Notes under the pieces: generated by a model
The model's input: only the letters and a program-made list of their open reading frames with translations
What the model was told of the DNA's origin: nothing
The model's database searches: none
Position numbers and translations under genes: made by a program
In this document: in pieces, positions 28,356-37,881 of the stretch
Layout: the number at the start of each line of letters is the position of its first letter
Position numbering within the stretch: position 1 is the first letter of the stretch
Assembly (NCBI GenBank): GCA_963675665.1
Contig: OY776510.1
Coordinates: 2,336,001-2,400,000, forward strand
Origin: Spirochaetia bacterium
Lineage (GTDB): Bacteria; Spirochaetota; Spirochaetia; UBA9216
Direction of reading: 5' to 3'
DNA: 64,000 nucleotides

Positions 28356-30761
28356 ATGGGGTTAAAAGACGTCAAATTGAAGACGAAACTGATCGGTCTT
28401 TTCGTTGCGATAGGCTTGATTCCGCTTGCGCTAATCGGGATTTGGAGCATCATTCAGTCAAGCGGTTCTTTAATGGAAAGCTCGTACAACCAACTTTTAA
28501 GTCTCAGAGAAGTAAAAAAACATCAAATTAATACATATTTTAAAGAACGTAAAAGTGATATGGAAGTTCTGAATGAAATTGTGGCCAGTCTGAAACAGAA
28601 TGCTGAAATACAGATTCAGAGCGTAAACAACCTTAAAAAGGAGGAGGTTGAAGAATATTTAAAAAACAGGGAACGGCGAAATATTTCCTATTTTGATGAT
28701 GGGGAATTGGAAAAGACGCTGAACGGTATTGTTCAGCGTCGTGACGGGCTCGGAAAGTCCGGTGAAACCTACCTGATGTTCAGGGAAAACGGGAGCATCT
28801 TTTTCGGCAGTACATTGCTTACAATGGGAAACGGTTCATATGTATTCGGAAAGGATATGACGGAGCTGGAAACCGGATATATGCGGCTGGCGTTTGAAGG
28901 GAAAGACAATATTGAGGTTTTCACTGATTCGGCGGGAATTCTGAATCTTGTCGCATATGCTCCGCTGGAAACCCCGGAAGGCGACTGGGTAATTATAACC
29001 AAGGGGTATCTCGAGGAATTTATAACGCCTGTATTAAAGGGAAGCAATGCTGATTTTTATACCAATTATATTGAAAAATACGGATACTATGATCTTTTTC
29101 TTATCCATCCGGACGGACAGGTATTTTATACTGTGGCTAAAGAGGCTGATTATAATACGAATATGCTGAATGGAAAGTATTCCGACAGCAATTTGGGAGA
29201 TCTGGTCAGAAATATAAAAAGCAACAAAGATTTTGAATTTGAAGATTTTAAGCCTTATGAACCAAGTAACGGCGCTCCTGCCGCATTTATAGGGGAGCCG
29301 CTGATCAGCAATGGAGAGATAGTACTGATAATAGCATTGCAGCTTCCGCTTGAAGGAATCAATGAAATAATGAATGAACGCGCCGGAATGGGTAATACCG
29401 GAGAGACTTATCTTGTAGGTTCCGACAAACTCATGCGTTCCGATTCATTTCTTGATCCGATTAATCATTCTGTTGCCGCTTCATTCAAAAATCCGGATAA
29501 GGGCAGTGTTGACACCGAAGCTTCACGCTCAGTTCTTGCCGGAGACACAGATGAGAAGATTATTACAGACTATAACGGGAATCCCGTCTTATCCGCTTTT
29601 ACTCCTGTTAATGTCTATAATTCTGTCTGGGGACTTATTGCCGAAATCGATGAAGCCGAGATTCGGGAACCGATTAATGCTTTATTGTTTTCAATTATAA
29701 TTGTTGCCGCAGTGATTCTGATAATTGTAGTGATAGTGGCGCTTTTAATAGCGCTCAGTATTGCAAGGCCTGTCCTTAAAGGCGTGACATTCGCCAAATC
29801 AATTTCAGAGGGGGATCTTACAACAATTATAGAAGTAAATCAGAAGGATGAGATCGGAATGCTCGCAGATGCTCTGAAGCAGATGCAGGCGAAACTTAAA
29901 CAGGTTGTAATAGATGTGCAGGCTGCGGCTAATCAGGTTGCCGGAGGAAGCGCCCAGCTGGCTGAAGGTTCGGAACAGATGTCCCAGGGGGCAACCGAAC
30001 AGGCCGCCAATGCTGAAGAGGTTTCCTCATCACTGGAAGAGATGGGGTCGGGTATACAGCAGAACGCGGATAATTCGGCACAGACAGAAAAAATTGCAAG
30101 TAAAGCTGCCGATGATGCATCAGGAGGCGGCGCCGCAGTAGCCGAGGCAGTCGAGGCAATGAAACAGATTGCCGAGAAGATTAATGTTGTTGAAGAGATT
30201 GCACGGCAGACGAACCTGCTTAGCCTGAATGCCGCAATAGAGGCGGCGAGGGCAGGGGAACACGGCAAGGGGTTTGCCGTTGTAGCCTCCGAGGTTGGGA
30301 AGCTTGCTGCAAACAGTCAGCGGGCTGCTGCTGAAATACAGGAGCTGGCAAGTTCAAGTGTGATAAAGGCGGACCAGGCTGGTAATCAGATACAGAACAT
30401 CATCCCCGATATCCAGAAAACAGCTGAACTGGTAATGGAGATAAGCGCCTCAAGTCAGGAGCAGAATGCGGGTATTGCACAGATTAATGAAGCCATGCTG
30501 CAGCTTGATAAGGTTATTCAGCAAAATGCCGCTTCTGCGGAAGAATCCTCTTCCATGTCTGAAGAACTTACCGCTCAGGCACAACAATTGATGGAACTGA
30601 TCAGTTTTTTCAAGGTCGACACTGGAGCTGAAAGAAATATCGTCAGGGATCTGGATAAAAAGAAGGAGAAGAACATCCATCAATTCAGAATAGAGAAAAA
30701 AACGTCCGTTTCTGAAAAAATAAAACCGGATCCTCTGGATTCAGATTTTGAAAGCTTCTGA
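28356..30761 (+). CDS. Methyl-accepting chemotaxis protein (Cache sensor, HAMP, MA domain)
   Basis: [30 protein letters not shown]; HAMP DEIGMLA; YGYYDLFLI Cache motif; C-terminal DFESF pentapeptide. Confidence 0.96.
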   Translation: MGLKDVKLKTKLIGLFVAIGLIPLALIGIWSIIQSSGSLMESSYNQLLSLREVKKHQINTYFKERKSDMEVLNEIVASLKQNAEIQIQSVNNLKKEEVEEYLKNRERRNISYFDDGELEKTLNGIVQRRDGLGKSGETYLMFRENGSIFFGSTLLTMGNGSYVFGKDMTELETGYMRLAFEGKDNIEVFTDSAGILNLVAYAPLETPEGDWVIITKGYLEEFITPVLKGSNADFYTNYIEKYGYYDLFLIHPDGQVFYTVAKEADYNTNMLNGKYSDSNLGDLVRNIKSNKDFEFEDFKPYEPSNGAPAAFIGEPLISNGEIVLIIALQLPLEGINEIMNERAGMGNTGETYLVGSDKLMRSDSFLDPINHSVAASFKNPDKGSVDTEASRSVLAGDTDEKIITDYNGNPVLSAFTPVNVYNSVWGLIAEIDEAEIREPINALLFSIIIVAAVILIIVVIVALLIALSIARPVLKGVTFAKSISEGDLTTIIEVNQKDEIGMLADALKQMQAKLKQVVIDVQAAANQVAGGSAQLAEGSEQMSQGATEQAANAEEVSSSLEEMGSGIQQNADNSAQTEKIASKAADDASGGGAAVAEAVEAMKQIAEKINVVEEIARQTNLLSLNAAIEAARAGEHGKGFAVVASEVGKLAANSQRAAAEIQELASSSVIKADQAGNQIQNIIPDIQKTAELVMEISASSQEQNAGIAQINEAMLQLDKVIQQNAASAEESSSMSEELTAQAQQLMELISFFKVDTGAERNIVRDLDKKKEKNIHQFRIEKKTSVSEKIKPDPLDSDFESF

Positions 30762-30795
30762 TTTTGTTTTAATTGGAACTTGTTGAAATATTTGA

Positions 30796-30832
30796 TTCGG
30801 GATACCGGTTTTATACAGCCGGTTTTCCCGAA
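30796..30832. terminator. Stem-loop between the convergent MCP and HD genes
   Basis: TTCGGGATACCGG...CCGGTTTTCCCGAA imperfect inverted repeat. Confidence 0.5.
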
Positions 30833-30839
30833 TCCAGGT

Positions 30840-31409
30840 TTATATATTGCCTGAAAGCCCGATGTCGCCGGCAACTGATTTCATGCCGTCGATTGTTAGC
30901 TGAATAAGTTCGGTAAGTTCAACTCCGAGCATTTCGGCACCTTTCTCGATAATGGAACGGTCTACTCCGGCTGCAAAACGTTTATCTTTCCACTTCTTTT
31001 TAACTGATTTCGGAGTCATATCAAGAACACTTTTGGACGGCCTGACAAGAGCTGTCGTAGTTACAAGACCTGTAAGTTCATCGGTTGCGAACAGGTATTT
31101 CTCCATCAGCTCTACCGGCTCAACTTCAGAGCAGATGCCCCAACCGTGAGAGACTACGGCATGAATATAATCATCCGGCCATCCTGCTTCAAGCATTATT
31201 TTATTGCTCATACTGCAGTGCTGATCAGGGTGTTTTTCATAATCAAGGTCATGCAGCAGCCCGATTATTCCCCATTTCTCAACATCTTCTCCTTTCAGCC
31301 CTGCAATATGTCTCATTACTGCTTCTACCGAAAGCGCATGTTTATAAAGACTGTCGGATTTATTGTACTGTTTAAAAAGTTTTAATGCTTCTTCGCGTGT
31401 CGGCATCAT
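30840..31409 (-). CDS. HD-domain (HDIG) hydrolase
   Basis: KHALSVEAVMR, GLLHDLDYE, SHGW, DELTG, RPSKS. Confidence 0.9.
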   Translation of the reverse strand: MMPTREEALKLFKQYNKSDSLYKHALSVEAVMRHIAGLKGEDVEKWGIIGLLHDLDYEKHPDQHCSMSNKIMLEAGWPDDYIHAVVSHGWGICSEVEPVELMEKYLFATDELTGLVTTTALVRPSKSVLDMTPKSVKKKWKDKRFAAGVDRSIIEKGAEMLGVELTELIQLTIDGMKSVAGDIGLSGNI

Positions 31410-31867
31410 GGCTGCTCAATATATTTTACAATGGCGGTACCGTTTTCCCAGTACTCTTCAATAAGCCATTCCCCGTTATCATCCTTAAACATTTTAAATG
31501 TAACATCCACGGGAGTTTCTGTTTTGGTGTCTCCGTTGGAATCGGTATAACTGGCGGTCATTGTCGCTTCAACAGCTGTAACATCAAGCGTACTACCCAC
31601 TTCAAAATTATAATCATAGTACGGATCGAACTGTATGTCCCAGAAATCATCCTCCAGAATCTGATCAGCATATGCTGTAGTGGGCGCCGGAGCAAAATTA
31701 TCAGCTATAAGTTCGGCGCTGCGCACGGGGGAATTCAGGGTTGCCTGAAAGGTTTCTATTCTCAGTATTATATCCGGTGAAGCCATCAACCCTTCAAGCA
31801 TACTGCAGCCTGTAACGGCTGTCATTATAAGTAGTACGGAAATTAAAAGAAAAATTGTTCTTTTCAT
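31406..31867 (-). CDS. Hypothetical lipoprotein
   Basis: Signal peptide ending VTGC; AGGAG SD; acidic mature part. Confidence 0.75.
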   Translation of the reverse strand: MKRTIFLLISVLLIMTAVTGCSMLEGLMASPDIILRIETFQATLNSPVRSAELIADNFAPAPTTAYADQILEDDFWDIQFDPYYDYNFEVGSTLDVTAVEATMTASYTDSNGDTKTETPVDVTFKMFKDDNGEWLIEEYWENGTAIVKYIEQP

Positions 31868-31891
31868 TTTTTATTTCTCCTGTTTGCAATT

Positions 31892-32917
31892 TTAATAGTC
31901 AGCCTGAACAAGGTACGGCTGAACCTTATCTTCATACTGCTTCAGCAGTTCGGAATAATCATTTAAAAAGCCGGTGTACACAGGATTTTCCGGTTCATTG
32001 ATATATGCAGTTTTCATTCTTGTATAAAAACCGGAAAATACATGCTGTCGAAGAGAAAGCGCGGAAAGGGCATAATACCGGTAGTTCAGAATAAGTCTTG
32101 AGGTGGTATATTCAAAAGGTTTAACCACTTCAGCTTTCATCTTGTTTCCTTCCTCTTCCTTTCCTTCCTCAAGCAGGGCTTTTTGCTGTTTTCTGAGTTC
32201 GGTCAGTTCCGCTTTGTTGGTTTCATATAATGCCGCCCAGTATTCAATCTGTTTCACAAGATCATCCAGCTGGATTGAAAGACTCTGTATTGCTGCGGAA
32301 GGTTCACCCATCATTTTATTAATTTTTTCGGAATTCCATGCATCAAACTCAAGTTTGCCTTCCATAACCGGGAATTTTTCTCCGGGGGGCATTCCCGCCG
32401 CGACCTCAACACCTTCATTTTTCTCAAGTATCACCGATTCGCCCTGTCCGCTTACTTCCACAGCTCCGGTCTCAACCGTAACCAGTGATGAGCCGTCAGC
32501 CCCGGCGTAAACGGTAAACTCGGTGCCCCGTACGCCCATAACAGTCGACGGTGTTGAGATAAGCGGCTCATTAGTCATTCGGTTGAACTTAAACGAAACC
32601 TGCCCCAGGGTTGTTGAAACAACAGACTGTTTTTTTCCGTTGACATCCATCTCCTTGATTGAAAAAACAGTTCCGGGTTTTACTATTATGCGGCTTCCGT
32701 TCTGGGGTTCAAGTTCGGCAACACCGTCGTCGCCTGTAATAACGGTATCGCCGTTATAAACCCTGTCGCCTATAAACAGTTCGAATATTTCGCCGGAGCT
32801 GTCTTTAATATCTACCCAGCCGTCTATGAAAACGACATCGGATTCCTGTGCATAAAGTCCTGCGGCACAAAAGAGTACAATTGCGGCTGTTATAAACGGT
32901 AAAATATTTCTTTTCAT
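31892..32917 (-). CDS. FecR-domain protein
   Basis: Signal peptide; GDTVITGDDG and TPSTVMGVRGTEF FecR motif; C-terminal coiled coil. Confidence 0.85.
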   Translation of the reverse strand: MKRNILPFITAAIVLFCAAGLYAQESDVVFIDGWVDIKDSSGEIFELFIGDRVYNGDTVITGDDGVAELEPQNGSRIIVKPGTVFSIKEMDVNGKKQSVVSTTLGQVSFKFNRMTNEPLISTPSTVMGVRGTEFTVYAGADGSSLVTVETGAVEVSGQGESVILEKNEGVEVAAGMPPGEKFPVMEGKLEFDAWNSEKINKMMGEPSAAIQSLSIQLDDLVKQIEYWAALYETNKAELTELRKQQKALLEEGKEEEGNKMKAEVVKPFEYTTSRLILNYRYYALSALSLRQHVFSGFYTRMKTAYINEPENPVYTGFLNDYSELLKQYEDKVQPYLVQADY

Positions 32918-33372
32918 CAGAAAGGACCTCCGAATGCAATAATTCTGTTTGTGCCGTTTCCGACGGGGCCGAGTATAATCGCATAATCGGCCGAATCAGT
33001 ACCTATCCTGAAAAACATTGACTGGGCCGGGATGTACCTGCTGAAGAATGCTTCTGTTTCGGGGCTGTTGCCGAAAAGAGTCTTGTCGGAACCCTGCGGT
33101 GGCCGGCTTTCAAGAATTACCGGATTGTCCATTTTAAAACCTGAATCAGAAAGCCCAAACCAAAGGCTGTCTATTATTGCAGGACTGTGGAGTATCTCTG
33201 CATCAAGCAGGAACGAATCGGAGCTGAGTTCTGTAAGCTCAGCGTGATTTCCGCTGTTAATCAGCCCGATGATTTCCAGGATGTCCTCGTCCCCAGCAGG
33301 TTTTATGCTTGCGCACCCTGCAGCAAGAATTACCGTCAATAAAACTAACCCAAAGAATTTTATTAATTTCAT
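32917..33372 (-). CDS. Hypothetical lipoprotein
   Basis: LAAGC lipobox; stop overlaps the FecR start. Confidence 0.75.
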   Translation of the reverse strand: MKLIKFFGLVLLTVILAAGCASIKPAGDEDILEIIGLINSGNHAELTELSSDSFLLDAEILHSPAIIDSLWFGLSDSGFKMDNPVILESRPPQGSDKTLFGNSPETEAFFSRYIPAQSMFFRIGTDSADYAIILGPVGNGTNRIIAFGGPF

Positions 33373-33402
33373 ATAATAATTATACCGTTAATTCATTTAT
33401 TC

Positions 33403-33888
33403 TCATAGTCTGAAACCGTAAGTAAGGGTAAGGTCGGGGATAAAATCAAGATCATATCCTGTTTTATCCGTAGAAATCATAAAAGGAATACCGCCGCCGC
33501 CTTTCAGCCCAAGCCGGTGTTTCTCGTTAAACTCATAATAAACGCCCAGTCCGGCCCCTGTGCTGAGCATTGTATCAGGAAATGACGGAGTAAAAACTGT
33601 GTATCCGTCCATTAGACCTGCAAAAAGTTCAATTCCGAAACCCTCCGTATCCGGCATGAAATCCCAGACACCGGTCAGGTCGTACAGAAGCGCAAAGTCG
33701 CCTTCAAGTGAAAATAACGACGAGCCGATTCCCGTTCTGAGTGAGAAATTGTCTGTGAAGTAGAACTGTGCTCCGATTTCAAGCCGAAGGTCCCATCCTG
33801 TACTGACCTGAAGTTCGGTTTTTTCATATGCGTACAATGATGCTGATACCAGCAGAAGAATGAAAAATATGCAAATAATTTTTTTCAT
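33403..33888 (-). CDS. Hypothetical exported protein, probable small outer-membrane beta-barrel
   Basis: Signal peptide; alternating aromatic/Gly strands; C-terminal LTLTYGFRL. Confidence 0.65.
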   Translation of the reverse strand: MKKIICIFFILLLVSASLYAYEKTELQVSTGWDLRLEIGAQFYFTDNFSLRTGIGSSLFSLEGDFALLYDLTGVWDFMPDTEGFGIELFAGLMDGYTVFTPSFPDTMLSTGAGLGVYYEFNEKHRLGLKGGGGIPFMISTDKTGYDLDFIPDLTLTYGFRL

Positions 33889-33946
33889 ATCTGATTCCTT
33901 CGTTCCCCGCATAGAGTGTAACGCAGAAGTTTAAGGAAAACAAGAT

Positions 33947-34347
33947 TTAATAACAGACCCTGTTTCTGCCTTCCTTTTTGGCTTTATACAGATTCTTATC
34001 GGCTACTTCTATTAAATTTTCAATGCTGGCCGGTTCAATAAAGGATTCGGCTATTCCCATACTTACTGTAACGGTTCCGGATTCTCAGCCATAATGCCTT
34101 CAGCAAAGGTGCTTTTTATATCCTTTGTATTTATAAGTGTTTCAAATATTAAATCAGCAGTTTCGGAATAAGCGCTGACCGTGATTTCGTATTCATCGCG
34201 GATCATATCCATATAACCGTCGAGGGTTTCCTTTTTCATTTGTGCGAAATACTGAAACATCATGAAGTAAATGGCTGCGAATAAAACAAATATGAGAGAT
34301 ATTATGATTAGAAGTAACGGGTGCTCATTTTTTTTCTTCATAACCAT
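33947..34347 (-). pseudogene. Diguanylate cyclase remnant: TM/sensor N-terminus joined out of frame to the GGDEF C-terminus
   Basis: ORF 34347-34063 (TM helix plus start of a periplasmic domain) overlaps a second frame reading GTVTVSMGIAESFIEPASIENLIEVADKNLYKAKKEGRNRVCY* ending at 33947. Confidence 0.85.
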
Positions 34348-34446
34348 TAATATTTTAATAGAAACAAATCCAAAACGCTACAAATTAAAAAAATATTACA
34401 GGGTTGGTTATGGATATTTATACGGTTGTAAAGTAAACTCGTCTTT

Positions 34447-35874
34447 ATGGCTTTTTTAAGTAAAAATACAACATTAAAAAAACTTCTTGTAATAGCAGTG
34501 CCTATGGTTATTTCCCAGGCATCGGATACCATAATGCTGTTTGTTGACAGGCTTTTTTTGTCCCGTCTCGGTGAGGAATATCTTGCAGCTTCAATGAGCG
34601 GCGGTTTGACACAATTTATGGTTAGTTCATTCTTCATAGGTACTATCGGTTATGTGACTGCTGTTGTCGCCCAGTATTTTGGCGCCGGCAAAAAGGAAAA
34701 GTGTGCCGAAGCTGTGTTTCAGGCCGGACTGCTTTCATGTTTGTGTTACCCGGTGATTCTTGCCATGGCGCCTCTTGTAAGGTTGTTTTTTTCAGCAACT
34801 GGACAATCCGTTATGCAGGTGGAGCTTGCCTATACTTATTTTCAAACCCTGATTTTCGGTGTCATATTTCTGATTCTGAGAAATGCCCTGGCCGGTTTTT
34901 TCATCGGGATAGGCAGGACTACCATGGTTATGATAGCCAATACCGCCGGAATGCTGGTTAACATACCGGCAAATTACCTGCTTATCTATGGGAAAATGGG
35001 CTTCCCGGCTTTTGGACTGCGGGGCGCAGCAATAGGTACAATATGCGGAAACGCTGTTATCTTTATAATTCTGATTTCATTTTACTTCAGGAAGAAAAAC
35101 AGGGATGAATTTTTCACCCATAAAGCAGCGGGCTTCCGCCCTGCAATTCTGCGGACTCTTCTGAAATTCGGTGTTCCCGCGGGTGTAGAGATGTTTCTTA
35201 ATGTAGCAGCCTTTAATCTGTTTGTTCAGACAATGCATACCTACGGAACAAAGGTGGCAGCCGCTGTAACAGTTGCATTTAACTGGGACGTCGTATCCTT
35301 TCTTCCCATGCTGGGGATGGGGCATGCCGTAACGTCTCTTGTGGGGCAGAATGTAGGTTCCTGCAATATCGATGAGGCTGAGAGATCGACATATACCGGG
35401 CTTCACACCGCCTGGGTGTATTCAGCGACCATGGTTTTTGTTTTTGTTATTTTTGCCAAAACGCTCGCTTCTCTTTTTTACCCTGAAGACTCAGGCGGTC
35501 CGGACGAACTTGCAGTACTCATGCTTCGCCTTGCGTCTATTTATATACTTGCCGATTCGGCGCAGATTGTATTTGTCGGAGCTCTAAGGGGGGCAGGAGA
35601 TACCCGCTGGGTAATGACCGCATCAGTTGCCCTCCACTGGGGTTTTTCAGTTATAGTTATTTTCCTTATCAGGGTTATACATGTAGATCCTGTAACAGCA
35701 TGGCTTGTATTTATCGGTTTTGTTGTGGTTTTGGGAATAACCATGTTTCTGCGCTTCCGGGGTGGAAAGTGGACTGATAAAAGCATTATTGCGGCCGGCG
35801 ATCATTCTGATTACCGTTACAGTTCCGGGGCCTGTCCCGAGATTGTTACTGATGAGCCTGTAAACGATGCCTGA
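34447..35874 (+). CDS. MATE family efflux transporter (NorM-like)
   Basis: DRLFLSRLG, NYLLIYGKMGFPAFGLRGAAIGT, GALRGAGDT. Confidence 0.92.
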   Translation: MAFLSKNTTLKKLLVIAVPMVISQASDTIMLFVDRLFLSRLGEEYLAASMSGGLTQFMVSSFFIGTIGYVTAVVAQYFGAGKKEKCAEAVFQAGLLSCLCYPVILAMAPLVRLFFSATGQSVMQVELAYTYFQTLIFGVIFLILRNALAGFFIGIGRTTMVMIANTAGMLVNIPANYLLIYGKMGFPAFGLRGAAIGTICGNAVIFIILISFYFRKKNRDEFFTHKAAGFRPAILRTLLKFGVPAGVEMFLNVAAFNLFVQTMHTYGTKVAAAVTVAFNWDVVSFLPMLGMGHAVTSLVGQNVGSCNIDEAERSTYTGLHTAWVYSATMVFVFVIFAKTLASLFYPEDSGGPDELAVLMLRLASIYILADSAQIVFVGALRGAGDTRWVMTASVALHWGFSVIVIFLIRVIHVDPVTAWLVFIGFVVVLGITMFLRFRGGKWTDKSIIAAGDHSDYRYSSGACPEIVTDEPVNDA

Positions 35875-35963
35875 ATATTTTGTTCCTTAATAGGAACCTG
35901 CCGGAACAATAACCGAAAAACACCGGCGGATGTATTGGGGATTTTTATCTGCCTGTTTGTTCT

Positions 35964-35998
35964 GCCCGGCAAAGAGTTGCCTGCCGGGCTTTTATTTT
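35964..35998 (+). terminator. Rho-independent terminator after MATE
   Basis: GCCCGGCA...TGCCGGGC followed by TTTTATTTT. Confidence 0.6.
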
Positions 35999-36714
35999 CA
36001 GACCAGCATTGTCCGGTAATTGTCGTTCAGTTTTTTTTTGCGTGATTTCCAGTCAGGGCAAACTCTGGTTACCAGTTTATAAAAGCGCGGGCTGTGGTTC
36101 TGTTCAATTAAATGGCACAGTTCGTGCAGCATTACATAGTCGATACATTCTGCGGGTGCTGAAACAAGCTCGAGATTAAGATTTATTCTGCCTTTTGCCG
36201 AGCAGCTGCCCCAGCTGCGTTTAAGCACCCGGCTTTTCAGCTCAGGAGTATTTTTTATTCCTATTGCCTGGACAGCTTTCATACAGAGCGCCAAACGCCT
36301 TGGGAAGATTATTTCAGACTGCTTTCTGTACCACTTCTGCAGCAGTTTTTTCTTTTGGTCGGTATCATATGATTCCGGTGCGGTTATTACCAGCGAATCA
36401 TTTGCGATATGGACTGACGGTTTGCCTGAAACAAAATGAAGTATAAACAGTTTGCCGAGATAACTGACGTTTTCTCCTTCTGTAAAACCCTGTCCGGGAT
36501 TTGCCGACGGCAATTTGGAGAATTCAAGCTGCTTTTTGATGATCCATTCGGCACGTTCGGATACCTGCTTCAGAAGTACCCTCCCGGATGTAAATTTGGG
36601 AGCAAGAACCCGTACCGTCCGGTCGCGATGAACCTGTATGGAAGTTGTTTTCCTGTTTCGAAGTTCAACTGTAAAGTTTATTTCATGTTGTCCGTGTTTT
36701 ATTTTATATTCCAT
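35998..36714 (-). CDS. YgjP-like (DUF45) zinc metallo-hydrolase
   Basis: KRSWGSCS, DYVMLHELCHL, NHSPRFY, CPDWK. Confidence 0.9.
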   Translation of the reverse strand: MEYKIKHGQHEINFTVELRNRKTTSIQVHRDRTVRVLAPKFTSGRVLLKQVSERAEWIIKKQLEFSKLPSANPGQGFTEGENVSYLGKLFILHFVSGKPSVHIANDSLVITAPESYDTDQKKKLLQKWYRKQSEIIFPRRLALCMKAVQAIGIKNTPELKSRVLKRSWGSCSAKGRINLNLELVSAPAECIDYVMLHELCHLIEQNHSPRFYKLVTRVCPDWKSRKKKLNDNYRTMLV

Positions 36715-36784
36715 ATATCCGTTCGCCAGAACTATACTACAGAGACTGATTTTATGTAACTATGATGTTTTAAAAGAAGCTCTA

Positions 36785-36814
36785 TTGACTTATCAATAAA
36801 AAGAAATGTATTCT
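36785..36814 (+). promoter_or_regulatory. Sigma70-type promoter of the B12 locus
   Basis: TTGACT-18 bp-TATTCT directly upstream of the riboswitch. Confidence 0.5.
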
Positions 36815-36828
36815 TAATTACTAATTAA

Positions 36829-36970
36829 CAGTATGTTTCAATGGAATGAAGGTGAGATTCCTTCGCGATCCCGTCACTGTGATAGGGAAGGTTACGCATA
36901 AGCCACTGGCGAAAAGCCGGGAAGGCGCAGAACCTGTAAAACCCTTAAGTCAGGAAACTTTGGCATACTG
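36829..36970 (+). ncRNA. Cobalamin riboswitch
   Basis: GGAA...GGTGAGATTCC...GCGATCCC...CACTGT...AGCCACTG...GGGAAGG...B12 box AAGTCAGGAAAC; closing stem CAGTATG/CATACTG; upstream of a TonB-receptor operon. Confidence 0.9.
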
Positions 36971-37084
36971 CAATATATTCAGACTTCGCGGACTGAGTCG
37001 GAATGTGCCTTATGCTGATAAAGAAACATTAAGGTTTATCCCCCGAACAGTTCCTCGAATGAAAGTTTTTTCATGGAGGAAATG

Positions 37085-37837
37085 ATGAAAAAAACACTAT
37101 CTATCTTGAGCGCCCTGGCAATCGCAGCGGTGCTTCTGGCGTCCCTGGCAGGATGCGGTCAGGTTCCGACACTTACCCTAAGTGATACGGAAATAACTAT
37201 CACAGAAAAAGAAGGGGCTTACCTTGCTGTCTCGGCAACCGCAGCAACAGGCCGGGACGATACTGTTACCGTAGCTTCTTCTGATGAGACTGTGGCTACT
37301 GCAACAGTCAATACTTCAGGCACCCAGGTTAATATTACGGCGGTAGAAGTCGGCACTGCAACAATTACAGTAACAAGCGCTTCCGGTGAAACTTCTTCCT
37401 GTGCTGTAACCGTTGAAGAAGGTATTGAGGTCTACGGAACATGGATAGATTCTTATGACGGAAAGAGAGTTATTACCAATAAGTACCTCATCTCATACAA
37501 CACGTCCTCGGATACAGAGTCCGCATATGTTTTTTCGATTGAGGAGTTTAATAACAGCGCGTGGAACGGCGGGGAGACAGGAGCCAATGATTGCGGGTAC
37601 GCGGTTTGCTTATGCATAGACCCTCCGTCATGGAATACTGACCAGAAAGGAACATATACGGTTTTCAGATGGCAGAACCTGGATACAAGCGGGAGCGCTA
37701 CAGTTTATGAATTTTCAGAGGGATCCCCTCCGGCATGGCCGAACGGTTACGAGGATTCTGCTGATGATGCCAAAGCAAATGCAACGGATGCGAACGGATG
37801 GTTCGGCTTTGGATATTCAGCCGGAACCCTGCAGTAA
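37085..37837 (+). CDS. Ig-like (Big_2) domain lipoprotein
   Basis: LAGC lipobox; SSDETVATATV...ITAVEVGTATITVT Ig-like motif; unassigned Trp/Gly-rich C-terminal domain. Confidence 0.8.
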   Translation: MKKTLSILSALAIAAVLLASLAGCGQVPTLTLSDTEITITEKEGAYLAVSATAATGRDDTVTVASSDETVATATVNTSGTQVNITAVEVGTATITVTSASGETSSCAVTVEEGIEVYGTWIDSYDGKRVITNKYLISYNTSSDTESAYVFSIEEFNNSAWNGGETGANDCGYAVCLCIDPPSWNTDQKGTYTVFRWQNLDTSGSATVYEFSEGSPPAWPNGYEDSADDAKANATDANGWFGFGYSAGTLQ

Positions 37838-37881
37838 ATAAAAACGGCGGGCTCCTGTTTTCAGGGGCTCGTTGCAATCTT

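Noticed and set aside
27580-28356. 258-aa antisense ORF over the response regulator, and many similar shadow ORFs
   Set aside because: Antisense or alternate-frame to well-supported genes, with no motifs.
33915-33940. Possible third copy of the 41-bp regulon motif (gtttaagga)
   Set aside because: Lacks the GTAAA repeats and the -10 offset differs.
36846-37085. 79-aa ORF upstream of the Ig-like lipoprotein
   Set aside because: Coincides with the cobalamin riboswitch.
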